A stretch of 64,000 nucleotides of DNA from Candidatus Bathyarchaeota archaeon. GTDB lineage: Archaea; Thermoproteota; CALKCG01; B24; DRYS01. The position numbers and the translations under genes were made by a program. The notes beneath the pieces were generated by a model. The model ran no database searches. It had not been told where the DNA came from and saw nothing but the letters and a program-made list of their open reading frames with translations. The stretch is from NCBI GenBank assembly GCA_018396535.1, contig JAGTQC010000002.1:96001-160000 (forward strand), in the 5' to 3' direction. This document shows positions 8,816-18,586 of this stretch, one piece after another; within the stretch, counting starts at the first letter, position 1, and the number at the start of each line of letters is the position of its first letter.

Positions 8816-10681
8816 ATGAAAAACTATTCTAGGGTAAGCAGTGGATCCATGCCTAAACATATATCGTGGTGTCTAGATTGCGGTGTACCTCTGCTACAGA
8901 AGGTATGCGGAATATGTGGTAGTGTAGGTATAGATGTAAGGCTTACAGGTTTAGCCGATCCTAGACCTGCTTTCGAGGGGGATATAAAGCATATAGATGA
9001 AGGATTGAGGAACAGCTTCGACGTAGGTATTCATGAGGTTGGGTTAGATGGAGTACCTATAATCGTTAATAGGATACCATATATGGATGAAGCATTTGAG
9101 GTAGTAGTAGGCGGAGCTATCATAGCGCATGTATTCTTCGATTTATATATTCTGAAGTGGAAATTGAAACCATTCAGATGGTTTTGTAAAATCCTACTTG
9201 ATAAGGGGTTGCTACCTTCTATCAAGTTAAACTGTAAGCCTAAGAGTAAAGGTGTAATCGAACATCTATCTAATTTCAGTAGCTTAGATCGTGGTTATTT
9301 AGCTCTCATAGATAGAGATGGATGCGTGATAGGTTTAGCTGAAGCGGATGATAGGCATATATACATCCTTAAAACATGGGGTAGGGAGGAATGTGAGAAG
9401 CCTATAATTAGACGTAGAAGCTTAGATGATATTCTTAAAGCAAACGTTAGAGAAGTGGAAATGGCTAGATCGAGGGCATGCAAATTCACAGTTAAAATGA
9501 AGGAGAGATTTCATTCATCGTATCTCACCCTGGCATACTCAGGTGGTAAGGATAGTTTAGCTACTCTATCGATAGCATTAGAAGCAGGCTTGGATCCTAT
9601 ACTCATATTTAATGATACAGGACTAGAGCTGCCTGAAACGGTAGATAACGTTCATAGAGTAGCTGATAGATTCTCCTTAGATATCTTAGAAGCATCGGCA
9701 GGGGATTCCTTCTGGAGCTATCTAGACATATATGGCCCTCCAGCTAGGGATTACAGATGGTGTTGTAAATTATGTAAGCTGATACCTATGAATAGACTCT
9801 ATAGAAGGGTTGGTGAAGCTCTAAGCTTCATAGGACAAAGAAGGTTTGAGTCTAGAAGACGTAGCCGATCTGGAAGTGTAGGACGTAATAAACTCCTACC
9901 TAACGTAATCTATTGTGCACCTATAAACGATTGGACTATGCTACATGTATGGCTATATCTTAGGAGGGTTAAACTCGATTCGTATGCTAACCCTTTATAT
10001 CGTGAAGGATTCGATAGAATAGGATGCTACCTATGTCCATACTGTAATGTAGCTGAATTTAGGGAGGTTGAGAGACTGCATGAGGAGCTATGGCATAGAT
10101 GGATGAAATACATAGATGCATGGGCTTCGAAACATAGCTATAACCAGGTATACGTAGAGAGGCATTTATGGAGGTGGGTTAATATACCATCGAAGATAGC
10201 GAATTCTTTCAGTATAAATCGCCCTACTAGGATTGATATAGACGATAAGATCGGATACTCTAGGATGAGGTTATGCTATGGTAAAGCTATAAAGCTTAGT
10301 ATACCTAAATGGTTTGATCTAAGTCTTATGGATACTTCATGCTATATATACGGTGTAGATTTCAAGTCGAAGAATGGTCTAGCTATAGCATCATATGATG
10401 ATTCACGTATATACGTCAATATGGATAGGGGGGAGGCTACAATTATATCGAGAGATAATGGTTGGAGAATACTTTTGAAAATACTGATTAGACCTATCTT
10501 CTGCACGAAGTGCGGTTTATGTATCGATGTATGCCCATCTAAAGCGTTATCGCTCTCCAATAAATTCTTATTTGAAAGGAGGGTTTGTACTAGATGTGGT
10601 CTATGTATGCGGGTATGCCCTTCGATAACTATAGGATTTAGATTCTTATCGAAGCGTATAGAATCCGCATGCAGTTTATAG
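8816..10681 (+). CDS. PAPS-reductase-family protein with N-terminal Zn ribbon and C-terminal 2x[4Fe-4S]
   Basis: SGGKDS, DTGLE, RWCCKLCK, RIGCYLCP; two CxxCxxCxxxCP motifs. Confidence 0.88.
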   Translation: MKNYSRVSSGSMPKHISWCLDCGVPLLQKVCGICGSVGIDVRLTGLADPRPAFEGDIKHIDEGLRNSFDVGIHEVGLDGVPIIVNRIPYMDEAFEVVVGGAIIAHVFFDLYILKWKLKPFRWFCKILLDKGLLPSIKLNCKPKSKGVIEHLSNFSSLDRGYLALIDRDGCVIGLAEADDRHIYILKTWGREECEKPIIRRRSLDDILKANVREVEMARSRACKFTVKMKERFHSSYLTLAYSGGKDSLATLSIALEAGLDPILIFNDTGLELPETVDNVHRVADRFSLDILEASAGDSFWSYLDIYGPPARDYRWCCKLCKLIPMNRLYRRVGEALSFIGQRRFESRRRSRSGSVGRNKLLPNVIYCAPINDWTMLHVWLYLRRVKLDSYANPLYREGFDRIGCYLCPYCNVAEFREVERLHEELWHRWMKYIDAWASKHSYNQVYVERHLWRWVNIPSKIANSFSINRPTRIDIDDKIGYSRMRLCYGKAIKLSIPKWFDLSLMDTSCYIYGVDFKSKNGLAIASYDDSRIYVNMDRGEATIISRDNGWRILLKILIRPIFCTKCGLCIDVCPSKALSLSNKFLFERRVCTRCGLCMRVCPSITIGFRFLSKRIESACSL

Positions 10682-10821
10682 AATCGATCCCTTATCTTCA
10701 CGTATATATTTTATACCTGCTAACTTTATATCCTGATAGCTTATCGTGTATGACATGCATAGAAAGGTGTTATAACGATGTTTAAGAAGCTGCTATACAA
10801 TATCCCTTGGAGGGTTAGCGT

Positions 10822-12108
10822 TTGACCAGAATCATAGATATACCATACATATCTAGAGTCGAGGGAAAAGGCTCTCTCGAAATAAGGATAAGTGGAGGAA
10901 CTATAGAAGATTTAAAGTTTAAGATACATGAAGCACCTAGATTTTTTGAAGCATTCCTAATTGGTAGAATGTATTATGAAATTCATGAAATAGTATCTAG
11001 GATATGTGGCGTATGCCCTGTAACTCATCAGATAACAGCTTTAAAATCTATCGAGAAGATACTAGGTTTAGAGCTACCTGAACACATACACCATCTTAGA
11101 GAGCTTATGGCTATAGGTGGCATACTAAGCAGTCATGCTCTACACCTTTTTGCTATGGCTCTACCAGACTATACTGGCCACCCAGATATTATAGCTATGG
11201 CTAGGGATTATCCCGATGTGATTAAAACTGGCTTCAAGATCAAAGAGGTGGGAGATAACCTAGTCGAGATAATAGGTGGTAGGAGTGTACATCCAGTATC
11301 TACGATCGTAGGGGGCTTCACATCTATACCTACACATGAAAGGCTAAGGAGGTTTAAGGATAAACTCATAGAAGCTAAAAACCTAGCTTTAAAATATTCA
11401 AGCTTTATAGTTAATCTCGACTATCCTACGTTCGAACGTAGATCTGAGCATATAGCTTTCTACGATAGTGAGGATTACCCCATAAATAGCGGAGTAGTAA
11501 AGTCTACCGAAGGGTTGGAAATAACAGAAGACGAGTACAGGCGATGGATATATGAAGTTGAGGTAGGATACTCCAACGCTAAGCATTCGTATGTAAGAAA
11601 TAGGGGTAGCTTTATGGTGGGTCCTCTCCCACGTGTAAATATAAACTATCGTAGCCTATCGGATGATGCTAGAGATATATTATCTTCAAGCCCGTTTAAG
11701 TTTCCATGCTTCAACCCGTTTGCATCTAACATAGCTAGATTAGCTGAGATAGTGACGCTGATAGATAAGGCTCTAAGGATTATAGATGAGAAGAAGTTGG
11801 AGGGGGTATCGCATGTGAAGCTTGAACCTAGAGCTGGGGAGTCATCCTCTATAACAGAGGCTCCTAGAGGTATAAATTTCCATAGCTATAGACTAAACGA
11901 TGATGGCGTAGTTACGTATGCATCCATAGCTCCACCTACATGTCAGAATGCAGCTAATATAGAGGCGGATTTAAGGGTATATCTTAAAGAGTATCTAGAT
12001 AGGAGCGATGAAGAGATAGTTCGTAAAAGTGAGATGCTTATTAGAGCGTATGACCCATGTATCTCATGCGCAACCCACTTCCTAGAAGTTAGAGTATCAA
12101 GAGTATAG
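10822..12108 (+). CDS. hydA: [NiFe]-hydrogenase large subunit, group 3b-like (sulfhydrogenase alpha)
   Basis: SRVEGKG, EAPRFFE, L1 RICGVC, EAPRG, L2 DPCISCATH plus cleavable C-terminal tail; SD GGAGGG before TTG. Confidence 0.9.
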   Translation: MTRIIDIPYISRVEGKGSLEIRISGGTIEDLKFKIHEAPRFFEAFLIGRMYYEIHEIVSRICGVCPVTHQITALKSIEKILGLELPEHIHHLRELMAIGGILSSHALHLFAMALPDYTGHPDIIAMARDYPDVIKTGFKIKEVGDNLVEIIGGRSVHPVSTIVGGFTSIPTHERLRRFKDKLIEAKNLALKYSSFIVNLDYPTFERRSEHIAFYDSEDYPINSGVVKSTEGLEITEDEYRRWIYEVEVGYSNAKHSYVRNRGSFMVGPLPRVNINYRSLSDDARDILSSSPFKFPCFNPFASNIARLAEIVTLIDKALRIIDEKKLEGVSHVKLEPRAGESSSITEAPRGINFHSYRLNDDGVVTYASIAPPTCQNAANIEADLRVYLKEYLDRSDEEIVRKSEMLIRAYDPCISCATHFLEVRVSRV

Positions 12109-12114
12109 TTTAGT

Positions 12115-13044
12115 TTATTCGAAGTATGGCTTCCTCCTAGCTATAGCTAATAGGAAAAGCTTCTTAAGATCCTCTCTACTAGCTCCACATCTTATAGCCT
12201 CCACTATATTCACATGATTATCATAGCGTAGTAAACATGGTTTAAGTTCTCCTCTAGATGTAACCCTCAATCTATCACAATACTTACAGAAGGTAGGGTT
12301 ATGCATAGGTTTCACAAGTTCAACTATTACACCATTGGGTAGAACATATCTAGGTCTAGCATGACTACTCCTACAATATTTAGCTATAGCTATCCTAGAT
12401 AGAAGAATTTCGACTCTATCTAGCGACACATGAAATTTATCGTATAATTCGTTATCCACTACACCTACTTTTTCAAATTCTATAACCTGTAGCACTGCTC
12501 CAACATTAGCGGCATATCCTATCATATTTGGAATATCATCCTCATTCAAATCTTTCAATAAAACCATATTTATTTTGACAGGGGTTAAACCAGCGTCTAC
12601 AGCGGATTTAACCCCATCTAGAACTCTATCCAGAAGATCGAAACCTGTAATAATCCTGTAAGTCTCCTTATTAATGGTATTAACAGTTATATTGATACGC
12701 TTTAACCCAACCTCTTTAAGCTTATATGCATAATTGGATAAAAGTACACCATTAGTAGTCATCGAAACCTCCTCAATACCATCTAGACTAGATATACGGT
12801 AAATGAGATCCACTATATCCTTTCTCAGCAATGGTTCACCACCAGTAATCTTAACTCTACTTAAACCAAGTTCTGCACCTATACTTACTATAGATACGAG
12901 TTCATCTATATCGACATCACAATTCATACCTACACTATAATTCTCCCCTTCTCTATGACAATATATACATCTGAGATTACATTTATCAGTAACAGCTATC
13001 CTAAGCGTCGTCAATCTTCTACCATAATCATCTACAAGAGACAA
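12115..13044 (-). CDS. moaA: GTP 3',8-cyclase
   Basis: LRIAVTDKCNLRCIYC, TGGEP, FCKYCDRLRVT..G.LKPCL. Confidence 0.93.
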   Translation of the reverse strand: MSLVDDYGRRLTTLRIAVTDKCNLRCIYCHREGENYSVGMNCDVDIDELVSIVSIGAELGLSRVKITGGEPLLRKDIVDLIYRISSLDGIEEVSMTTNGVLLSNYAYKLKEVGLKRINITVNTINKETYRIITGFDLLDRVLDGVKSAVDAGLTPVKINMVLLKDLNEDDIPNMIGYAANVGAVLQVIEFEKVGVVDNELYDKFHVSLDRVEILLSRIAIAKYCRSSHARPRYVLPNGVIVELVKPMHNPTFCKYCDRLRVTSRGELKPCLLRYDNHVNIVEAIRCGASREDLKKLFLLAIARRKPYFE

Positions 13045-13233
13045 CTATCTCAGCACCATGTATCTAATTCCAACAGCCGAATCTTAAAAATTATACTGAT
13101 ACCATAGTCTAGATCATAGCTTGCATAGCTTAGCTAGGGAATGGGATTATCATAGCATCCAATACATCACGATCTATAACGCCGGAAAGCTAATATACCG
13201 CCTACTAGGCTTCCTAGTTTGAGGGCGAATAAC

Positions 13234-13581
13234 GTGGCATCTGTATCCTTTAAAGCTATCGTAGTCGGTAAGATTCTGGAAAAACTCCCAAGTGGAGAGG
13301 AAGTTGTACGTATAGATTTGGCTGAAGAAAAGCCTGCTACTCCACCCATAATTATGGATACTAGTAGGCTTGAACAATCTGAGATAGCTAGAGAAGTTAT
13401 ACCAGTAGTAAGTCAAGTACTAGCATCTCTACCTATATCTCGTGCTACTATAAGAGTACCTAGAGTTACGATCGTACTCACTATGGATGAGTGGGGTCAG
13501 CTAAAATCTAAACCTGATCTAGGAGATGAAATGACGGTAACGATAGAGGGGGATAGTATACACGTATCTAAATCCATCTAA
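13234..13581 (+). CDS. Arcadin-1-like protein
   Basis: Full-length resemblance to Pyrobaculum arcadin-1 as I recall it (V.ID..EE, EV.P.V.Q...SLP, VPR.T..LT..E, D.GD). Likely GTG start 13234 after GAGGG (ORF track gives 13219). Confidence 0.75.
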   Translation: MASVSFKAIVVGKILEKLPSGEEVVRIDLAEEKPATPPIIMDTSRLEQSEIAREVIPVVSQVLASLPISRATIRVPRVTIVLTMDEWGQLKSKPDLGDEMTVTIEGDSIHVSKSI

Positions 13582-13999
13582 GTACATATATGTGCGGATT
13601 TATCTTAATCCATTTACGTTCATCGAATAAATATCCTGATTCACCTTCGGTTAAAGGTCTTATTATAAGTGTAGCTTTAACCCTCCGAGCTATATCCTCC
13701 ATATAAGGTATGAGTTCTGGCGGAGGCCTGATAGAGTAAAACATCTCGACATCACGATACTCATCTACGTTCAACCTGGTTACATCATCGAGTTTAACTT
13801 CTAGATCAGGACATGTATGTCGGACATAATCTAAAACTCTTTGATCCCTATCTACGACGATTATCCTAACATGCGGTAAAACCTTTTTGAGAGTACAAGC
13901 AACCCAAGGATTGAACCCTACTCCAAACTCAACTATAGCACCTATACCTCTATACGAATTCACTATAGCCTTGACGATTTCATGCGTATCTAATAGCAT
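13568..13999 (-). CDS. UPF0146 family protein
   Basis: VEFGVG, DDVT, YSIRPPPEL motifs. Confidence 0.85.
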   Translation of the reverse strand: MLLDTHEIVKAIVNSYRGIGAIVEFGVGFNPWVACTLKKVLPHVRIIVVDRDQRVLDYVRHTCPDLEVKLDDVTRLNVDEYRDVEMFYSIRPPPELIPYMEDIARRVKATLIIRPLTEGESGYLFDERKWIKINPHIYVLRWI

Positions 14000-14018
14000 A
14001 CGATGACCCCTCGAAGAG

Positions 14019-14423
14019 TTAAGAGAAATCCATAAGTCTACGTGCAGCGAGCAGCTCTGGTCTTATCCCTATTTTTGAAGCCTCCTCTAATGATATACTA
14101 TACATTCTCCCTCCTTTCCTAAAATGTTGAGGCGGTATGAAAAACCAGTCATAGCCTGACCCTTTGAACTTAACTGCTATATATGGTGTGGCACCGAATT
14201 TTTCTGAAAATCTTATAAGCCGTTTCAAACCCTCCTCTCCAACGTAAATCTTCTTTCTAGAGGTGGTTTTTACTTCGATAGCTAGAATTAAACCTTTCCG
14301 TCCGGCTATGATATCAGGTCTTTCGATCCTCGTACCACTACCTGAGCTCGGCGCCCTAACTACAGCAAAACCAAGCTTAGATAACTTACGAGCTAGGAGC
14401 CTCTCATAATCTACGCCTTTCAT
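14019..14423 (-). CDS. hjc: Holliday junction resolvase
   Basis: G..YER.L, GFAVVRAPSSG, PDIIA, IEVK. Confidence 0.93.
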   Translation of the reverse strand: MKGVDYERLLARKLSKLGFAVVRAPSSGSGTRIERPDIIAGRKGLILAIEVKTTSRKKIYVGEEGLKRLIRFSEKFGATPYIAVKFKGSGYDWFFIPPQHFRKGGRMYSISLEEASKIGIRPELLAARRLMDFS

Positions 14424-14475
14424 AAACCCTAAAATAGGATATACAGGATAGGGGGTTTAAAGATATTATTATAGA

Positions 14476-16926
14476 TCAATCTAACTCCTTCGCCCATTCA
14501 AACTTGAAAAACGGTTTCTCCGATTCACTCTTCTCCCTTATATTTCTAAGCTCCTCCAATAGTATCTTCTGTTCTATACTAGCCACGAGTAACCTAGTCT
14601 CGATAACTTTATCTGGGTTTACAGATATGCTAGTTGCACCTTCCCTAACCAGGAATTCTACCACTTCGGGATAATTAGATGGCGCCTGACCACATATACT
14701 TGTAGTAACACCATGCTTCCTACACACTCTTATAACGTGACTTAAAGCTCTCAATACGGCTAGATTTCTCTCATCGTATATCTCTTGAACTGAAGCATCA
14801 TCCCTATCTATACCTAGTATAAGCATCGTAAGATCATTAGTACCAAAGCTTACACCATCTATACCCTCTTCTATGAATTTATCTATTAGCAGAACCGTAC
14901 TGGGTACCTCAACCATTATCCATATTTTGAAGTCAGGCCCTCTTACGAGACCCTCCTCCTCCATGATCTTCTTAGCTAGACGCAACTCCTCCACTCTTCT
15001 AACGAATGGTATCATAACCCATACGTTCTTAAGCCCATATTCATCCCTAACCTTCCTTATAGCTCTGCATTCAAGCCTGAATATATCAGGTTCCTTAATA
15101 TATCTGAAAGCGCCTCTATAACCTATAAGTGGGTTAGGTCCTACATGCCCAGCTTCCTTCTCATACTTATCTCCACCAGGTAGTGCTAGAAATTCATCTG
15201 GCTTAAAGTCTAAGAATCTATAGACGACAGGTTTAGGATAGAAAGCTTGAGCCACCATCCTTATACCTTCAGCGAAAGCATCTATCATACGTTGCTCTCC
15301 ACCTTCCTCGATGAGTAACCTCGGATGTTTTCCTACACTCAACATTAAATGCTCAGCTCTTAGTAGACCTACTCCATCCGCCTGAGTTTCAGTAGCTATC
15401 TTCTCAGCTACATCTGGTATGGATATATTAACATAAATCTTCGTAGCAGTAATCGGCATAGGAGCTGCAACCATACCCATAGCTGGTACAGTAGGTGCAG
15501 CTGTAGGAGCAGCTGGAACAGGTTTAGCTAGCTCTTCTATTATACCTTCATAGATAACCCCAGTCTTAGCATCAACCGTATAGTATCCTCCGTTTACTAA
15601 AATCTGAGTTGCATTCTTAGTACCTACTATACAAGGTATACCAAGCTCCCTAGATACTATAGCTGCATGGCATGTCATACCTCCTTCATCTGTAACTATA
15701 GCTCCAGCTATCCTCATATATGGAACCCAATCTGGATTAGTCATCTTAGTGACGAGTATATCACCTTTCTCCATAACCTTAGCTGCTTCCTCATGTGTTA
15801 AAGCTATCTTAACCCTACCAGCGTATATACCTGGACTAGCTGGTAGACCTTTAAGGATTACCTTACGCTCGACTGCAACTTTAGGCTTTTCAGCTTTAAC
15901 CTCCTCCCTAGGTTTAACACTCCATACAGTTTCAGGTCTCGATTGGACTATGAATATATTCTCTGGAAATGGTAGATCCCTATCTACAGCAAACTCTATA
16001 TCTTGAGGATGGCCATAGTGATCCTCTATCTTCTTAGCAAGCATAGCTAGATACTTTACTTCTTCATCAGTTAAACTCGGAGCATTCCTCCTATCTACAG
16101 GTACTTCTAAATGAACAGTTTTACCTGTAATCGGATCTCTCACATACTCAACAGTCTTCTCCGCGATCTCCTTCTCCACTATCTCGAAAGTACTCTTATC
16201 AACTATAAAGCGATCCGGTGTTACTGCTCCAGATACTATAGCTTCTCCAAGACCCCATACAGATTCTATAACGATCTTATATTTATCACCTGTTACAGGG
16301 TGGATAGTAAACATCACACCTGCAGATCTACTATTAACCATCTTCTGAACAGCTACACTTATCAAGACCCGTTCATGCGCGAACCCCTTCTGAGTCCTGT
16401 AGAATATAGCTCGAGGAGTGAATAGACTCGACCAACATTTCTGCACATACTTAACTACCTCTTCCTCCCCTCTAACATTCAGATAGGTTTCCTGTTGCCC
16501 TGCAAAGCTTGCATCAGGTAGATCTTCTGCAGTAGCAGATGATCTAACAGCTACGAATACAGAATCTGTACCAATCTTCCTACATAACTCTCTATAACTC
16601 TCGACTATAGCACTACGTATATCTTCAGGCATTTTAACAGATTCTATCAAAGCTCTAACTCTACGAGAAGCCTCCTCATACTGGGTAGGGTCCTTCGAAT
16701 CCTTTATAGTTTCTCTAAGTATATCGTAGATCTTACTAGCTATCCCAGTCTCTTCTATGAATCTCTTATACGCGTATGCGGTGACAGCAAACCCTGGGGG
16801 TACAGGTATCCCTGCATTTATCATTTCACCTAGATTCGCATTCTTACCTCCTACCAGCCCTACATCCTTCTTATTCAGTTCCTCAAACCATAAGGTTAAA
16901 GCCGTCTCTTTACCCATATACTTCAC
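14476..16926 (-). CDS. ppsA: Phosphoenolpyruvate synthase
   Basis: GGKNANLGEM, VRSSATAEDLPDASFAGQQET, TCHAAIVSRELG, SFGTNDLT, SICGQAPS. Confidence 0.97.
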   Translation of the reverse strand: MKYMGKETALTLWFEELNKKDVGLVGGKNANLGEMINAGIPVPPGFAVTAYAYKRFIEETGIASKIYDILRETIKDSKDPTQYEEASRRVRALIESVKMPEDIRSAIVESYRELCRKIGTDSVFVAVRSSATAEDLPDASFAGQQETYLNVRGEEEVVKYVQKCWSSLFTPRAIFYRTQKGFAHERVLISVAVQKMVNSRSAGVMFTIHPVTGDKYKIVIESVWGLGEAIVSGAVTPDRFIVDKSTFEIVEKEIAEKTVEYVRDPITGKTVHLEVPVDRRNAPSLTDEEVKYLAMLAKKIEDHYGHPQDIEFAVDRDLPFPENIFIVQSRPETVWSVKPREEVKAEKPKVAVERKVILKGLPASPGIYAGRVKIALTHEEAAKVMEKGDILVTKMTNPDWVPYMRIAGAIVTDEGGMTCHAAIVSRELGIPCIVGTKNATQILVNGGYYTVDAKTGVIYEGIIEELAKPVPAAPTAAPTVPAMGMVAAPMPITATKIYVNISIPDVAEKIATETQADGVGLLRAEHLMLSVGKHPRLLIEEGGEQRMIDAFAEGIRMVAQAFYPKPVVYRFLDFKPDEFLALPGGDKYEKEAGHVGPNPLIGYRGAFRYIKEPDIFRLECRAIRKVRDEYGLKNVWVMIPFVRRVEELRLAKKIMEEEGLVRGPDFKIWIMVEVPSTVLLIDKFIEEGIDGVSFGTNDLTMLILGIDRDDASVQEIYDERNLAVLRALSHVIRVCRKHGVTTSICGQAPSNYPEVVEFLVREGATSISVNPDKVIETRLLVASIEQKILLEELRNIREKSESEKPFFKFEWAKELD

Positions 16927-17022
16927 CTATCTTACTTATTACCAAGACGTATAGTCTAAACTAAGAATAGTTATATTTTAAGATTGCTATAGGATAACTA
17001 AGCTAAAACCATGGAGCATCCT

Positions 17023-18294
17023 CTATAGATAGTCTTGAATATTCCGCTGGTATAATTCACGTCTAAGTAGATGGCTATGCTTTACCCATACCTTTAAAGG
17101 TATTTCAAGACTACTAGATATGATTGATAAAGCTTCTTCTATACTTTGACATACTATCGGCTTCTTCCTCAAAGCATTGCGTACATGCTCTCTCACATGC
17201 CATACACCTACAGGCATAATATACCCTGGATGTATTTCTCTAAGTATCAAAACCGAAGCTTGCCTCATTATAGAGTTGAGATACTCTGCAACCGCAAGTC
17301 TAGCAGCGTAGTAGCATCCACCGATGATAGCGTAATTCTTCTTACCATGATAACCTTCCCAATCTCCTTCAATAACTGGGATCCTACCATCCGGGTTCCA
17401 GACGGTTTTAGGATACCATGCTTCTATAGATTCATAGCTCCAAAAACTAGGCATCATCAATATCTTGAATCGATTATCGAGATATACAGATTCAAATAAT
17501 AGGTATGTAGAGATAGGCGGATAATGCTTAACCTTTTCTAGAATCCTTTCAGATATTATAGAATCTACAGCAGTTATACTCCATCTAGTAGGTACCAGCC
17601 TACGGTTGGATCCTATACCGAATATACCTAGACTAAAGGCTTTCTGTATAGAGCTTACCGATACACCAGATCTATATAGATCGAAAACAGCATCCGCAGC
17701 TTTGATATCCCTATCATAGTAAATCTTCTCCATACGTCTATCAACATAGATATTACCCCCAGGTATGATTCTAGATAAAGGAGCAGATATACCCAACGGC
17801 TGAACCTCGTCATCTAATACTATAGAGGCTCTAGGCTTACTAGCAAGCTTAACCTCTAGATCAACTGGTTTATAGGACATAGCTAACTCTTGAAGAGTTA
17901 CTAGAAGACTATCTGGGTTAGCAGCTGAATCGACACGCATAAGTCTTTCACCTCTTAAAAGTATACTACGAAATCTAACTATATCTTCTATAGACATACC
18001 AAACCAGTATTCAGGAGTATCTAGTATCCGTGTATCACCTTTAAACGGAGGTGTTAAAGGCCCGACATATACTTTAGGATAGCCAAACCTACCTACAAAA
18101 ACACCTGGAGGGGAGGATCCTTCAACATCGAGTTTATCGAAATACCTTACTGCCTCATACATAATGCTAGCTCTAACTATTACAGGACACCTACTCTTAC
18201 CACAAAGTAGATGCGCACCCTTACATATAACGCATAACCTACTAGATCTTTTAGTATCGATAAGCTTACTATTGATGTCTAGAAACCAGTTCAT
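17023..18294 (-). CDS. nreA: Nre-family DNA repair protein
   Basis: N-terminal CxxCKG..LCG..RCP, GSSPP.VFVG, LVPTRWSITAVD, C-terminal PIP box QRNIQDYL. Confidence 0.92.
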   Translation of the reverse strand: MNWFLDINSKLIDTKRSSRLCVICKGAHLLCGKSRCPVIVRASIMYEAVRYFDKLDVEGSSPPGVFVGRFGYPKVYVGPLTPPFKGDTRILDTPEYWFGMSIEDIVRFRSILLRGERLMRVDSAANPDSLLVTLQELAMSYKPVDLEVKLASKPRASIVLDDEVQPLGISAPLSRIIPGGNIYVDRRMEKIYYDRDIKAADAVFDLYRSGVSVSSIQKAFSLGIFGIGSNRRLVPTRWSITAVDSIISERILEKVKHYPPISTYLLFESVYLDNRFKILMMPSFWSYESIEAWYPKTVWNPDGRIPVIEGDWEGYHGKKNYAIIGGCYYAARLAVAEYLNSIMRQASVLILREIHPGYIMPVGVWHVREHVRNALRKKPIVCQSIEEALSIISSSLEIPLKVWVKHSHLLRRELYQRNIQDYL

Positions 18295-18417
18295 ACCTCA
18301 ACCTTCATGAACTACTTCGATAGAAATTATACTTTCTGCATCTTAGATATTAGTGTTTACGATACGATTATACTAATAGAAGCAGCATAAGAGGGGGAGT
18401 TTTATAAAGGTTGTGGA

Positions 18418-18473
18418 GCCGGGCGGGGGTTTTGAACCCCCTACAATGCCGGGCGGGGGCTTCGAACCCCCGA
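18418..18473. repeat. Tandem direct repeat (30-nt period) of the tRNA-Met T-arm and 3' acceptor strand
   Basis: gccgggcgggggttttgaacccccta (18418-18443) vs gccgggcgggggcttcgaacccccga (18448-18473). Confidence 0.85.
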
Positions 18474-18586
18474 CTTCTGGTAGCCCGGTCTTAGACCCGT
18501 ATGAACGGCTATCTCCAGATTATGAGTCTCACCCTAACCCCATATGGATAGGGGTCTGGCGCTCTAACCAGCTGAGCTAGCCCGGC
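18447..18586 (-). tRNA. tRNA-Met(CAT), probably elongator, with two introns (30/31 at 18528-18555; 45/46 at 18475-18512)
   Basis: Removing 28-nt and 38-nt BHB-flanked segments gives a 74-nt cloverleaf: acceptor GCCGGGC/GCCCGGC, anticodon arm CCAGA-CTCATAA-TCTGG, variable AGGTC, T arm GGGGG-TTCGAAG-CCCCC, discriminator A. Confidence 0.9.

Noticed and set aside
13100-13175. Possible minus-strand C/D sRNA (GTGATGT...ATGA)
   Set aside because: No convincing D box or recognisable rRNA complement.
18418-18473. Third tRNA intron or split-tRNA half
   Set aside because: No BHB can be formed in any 30-nt register I tried, and the piece has no anticodon portion or complementary leader.
18447-18586. 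tRNA-Ile2(CAT) or initiator tRNA identity
   Set aside because: The acceptor starts GCC with G1:C72 and the anticodon stem lacks the three G:C pairs of initiators; archaeal Ile tRNAs usually start GGGCCC.
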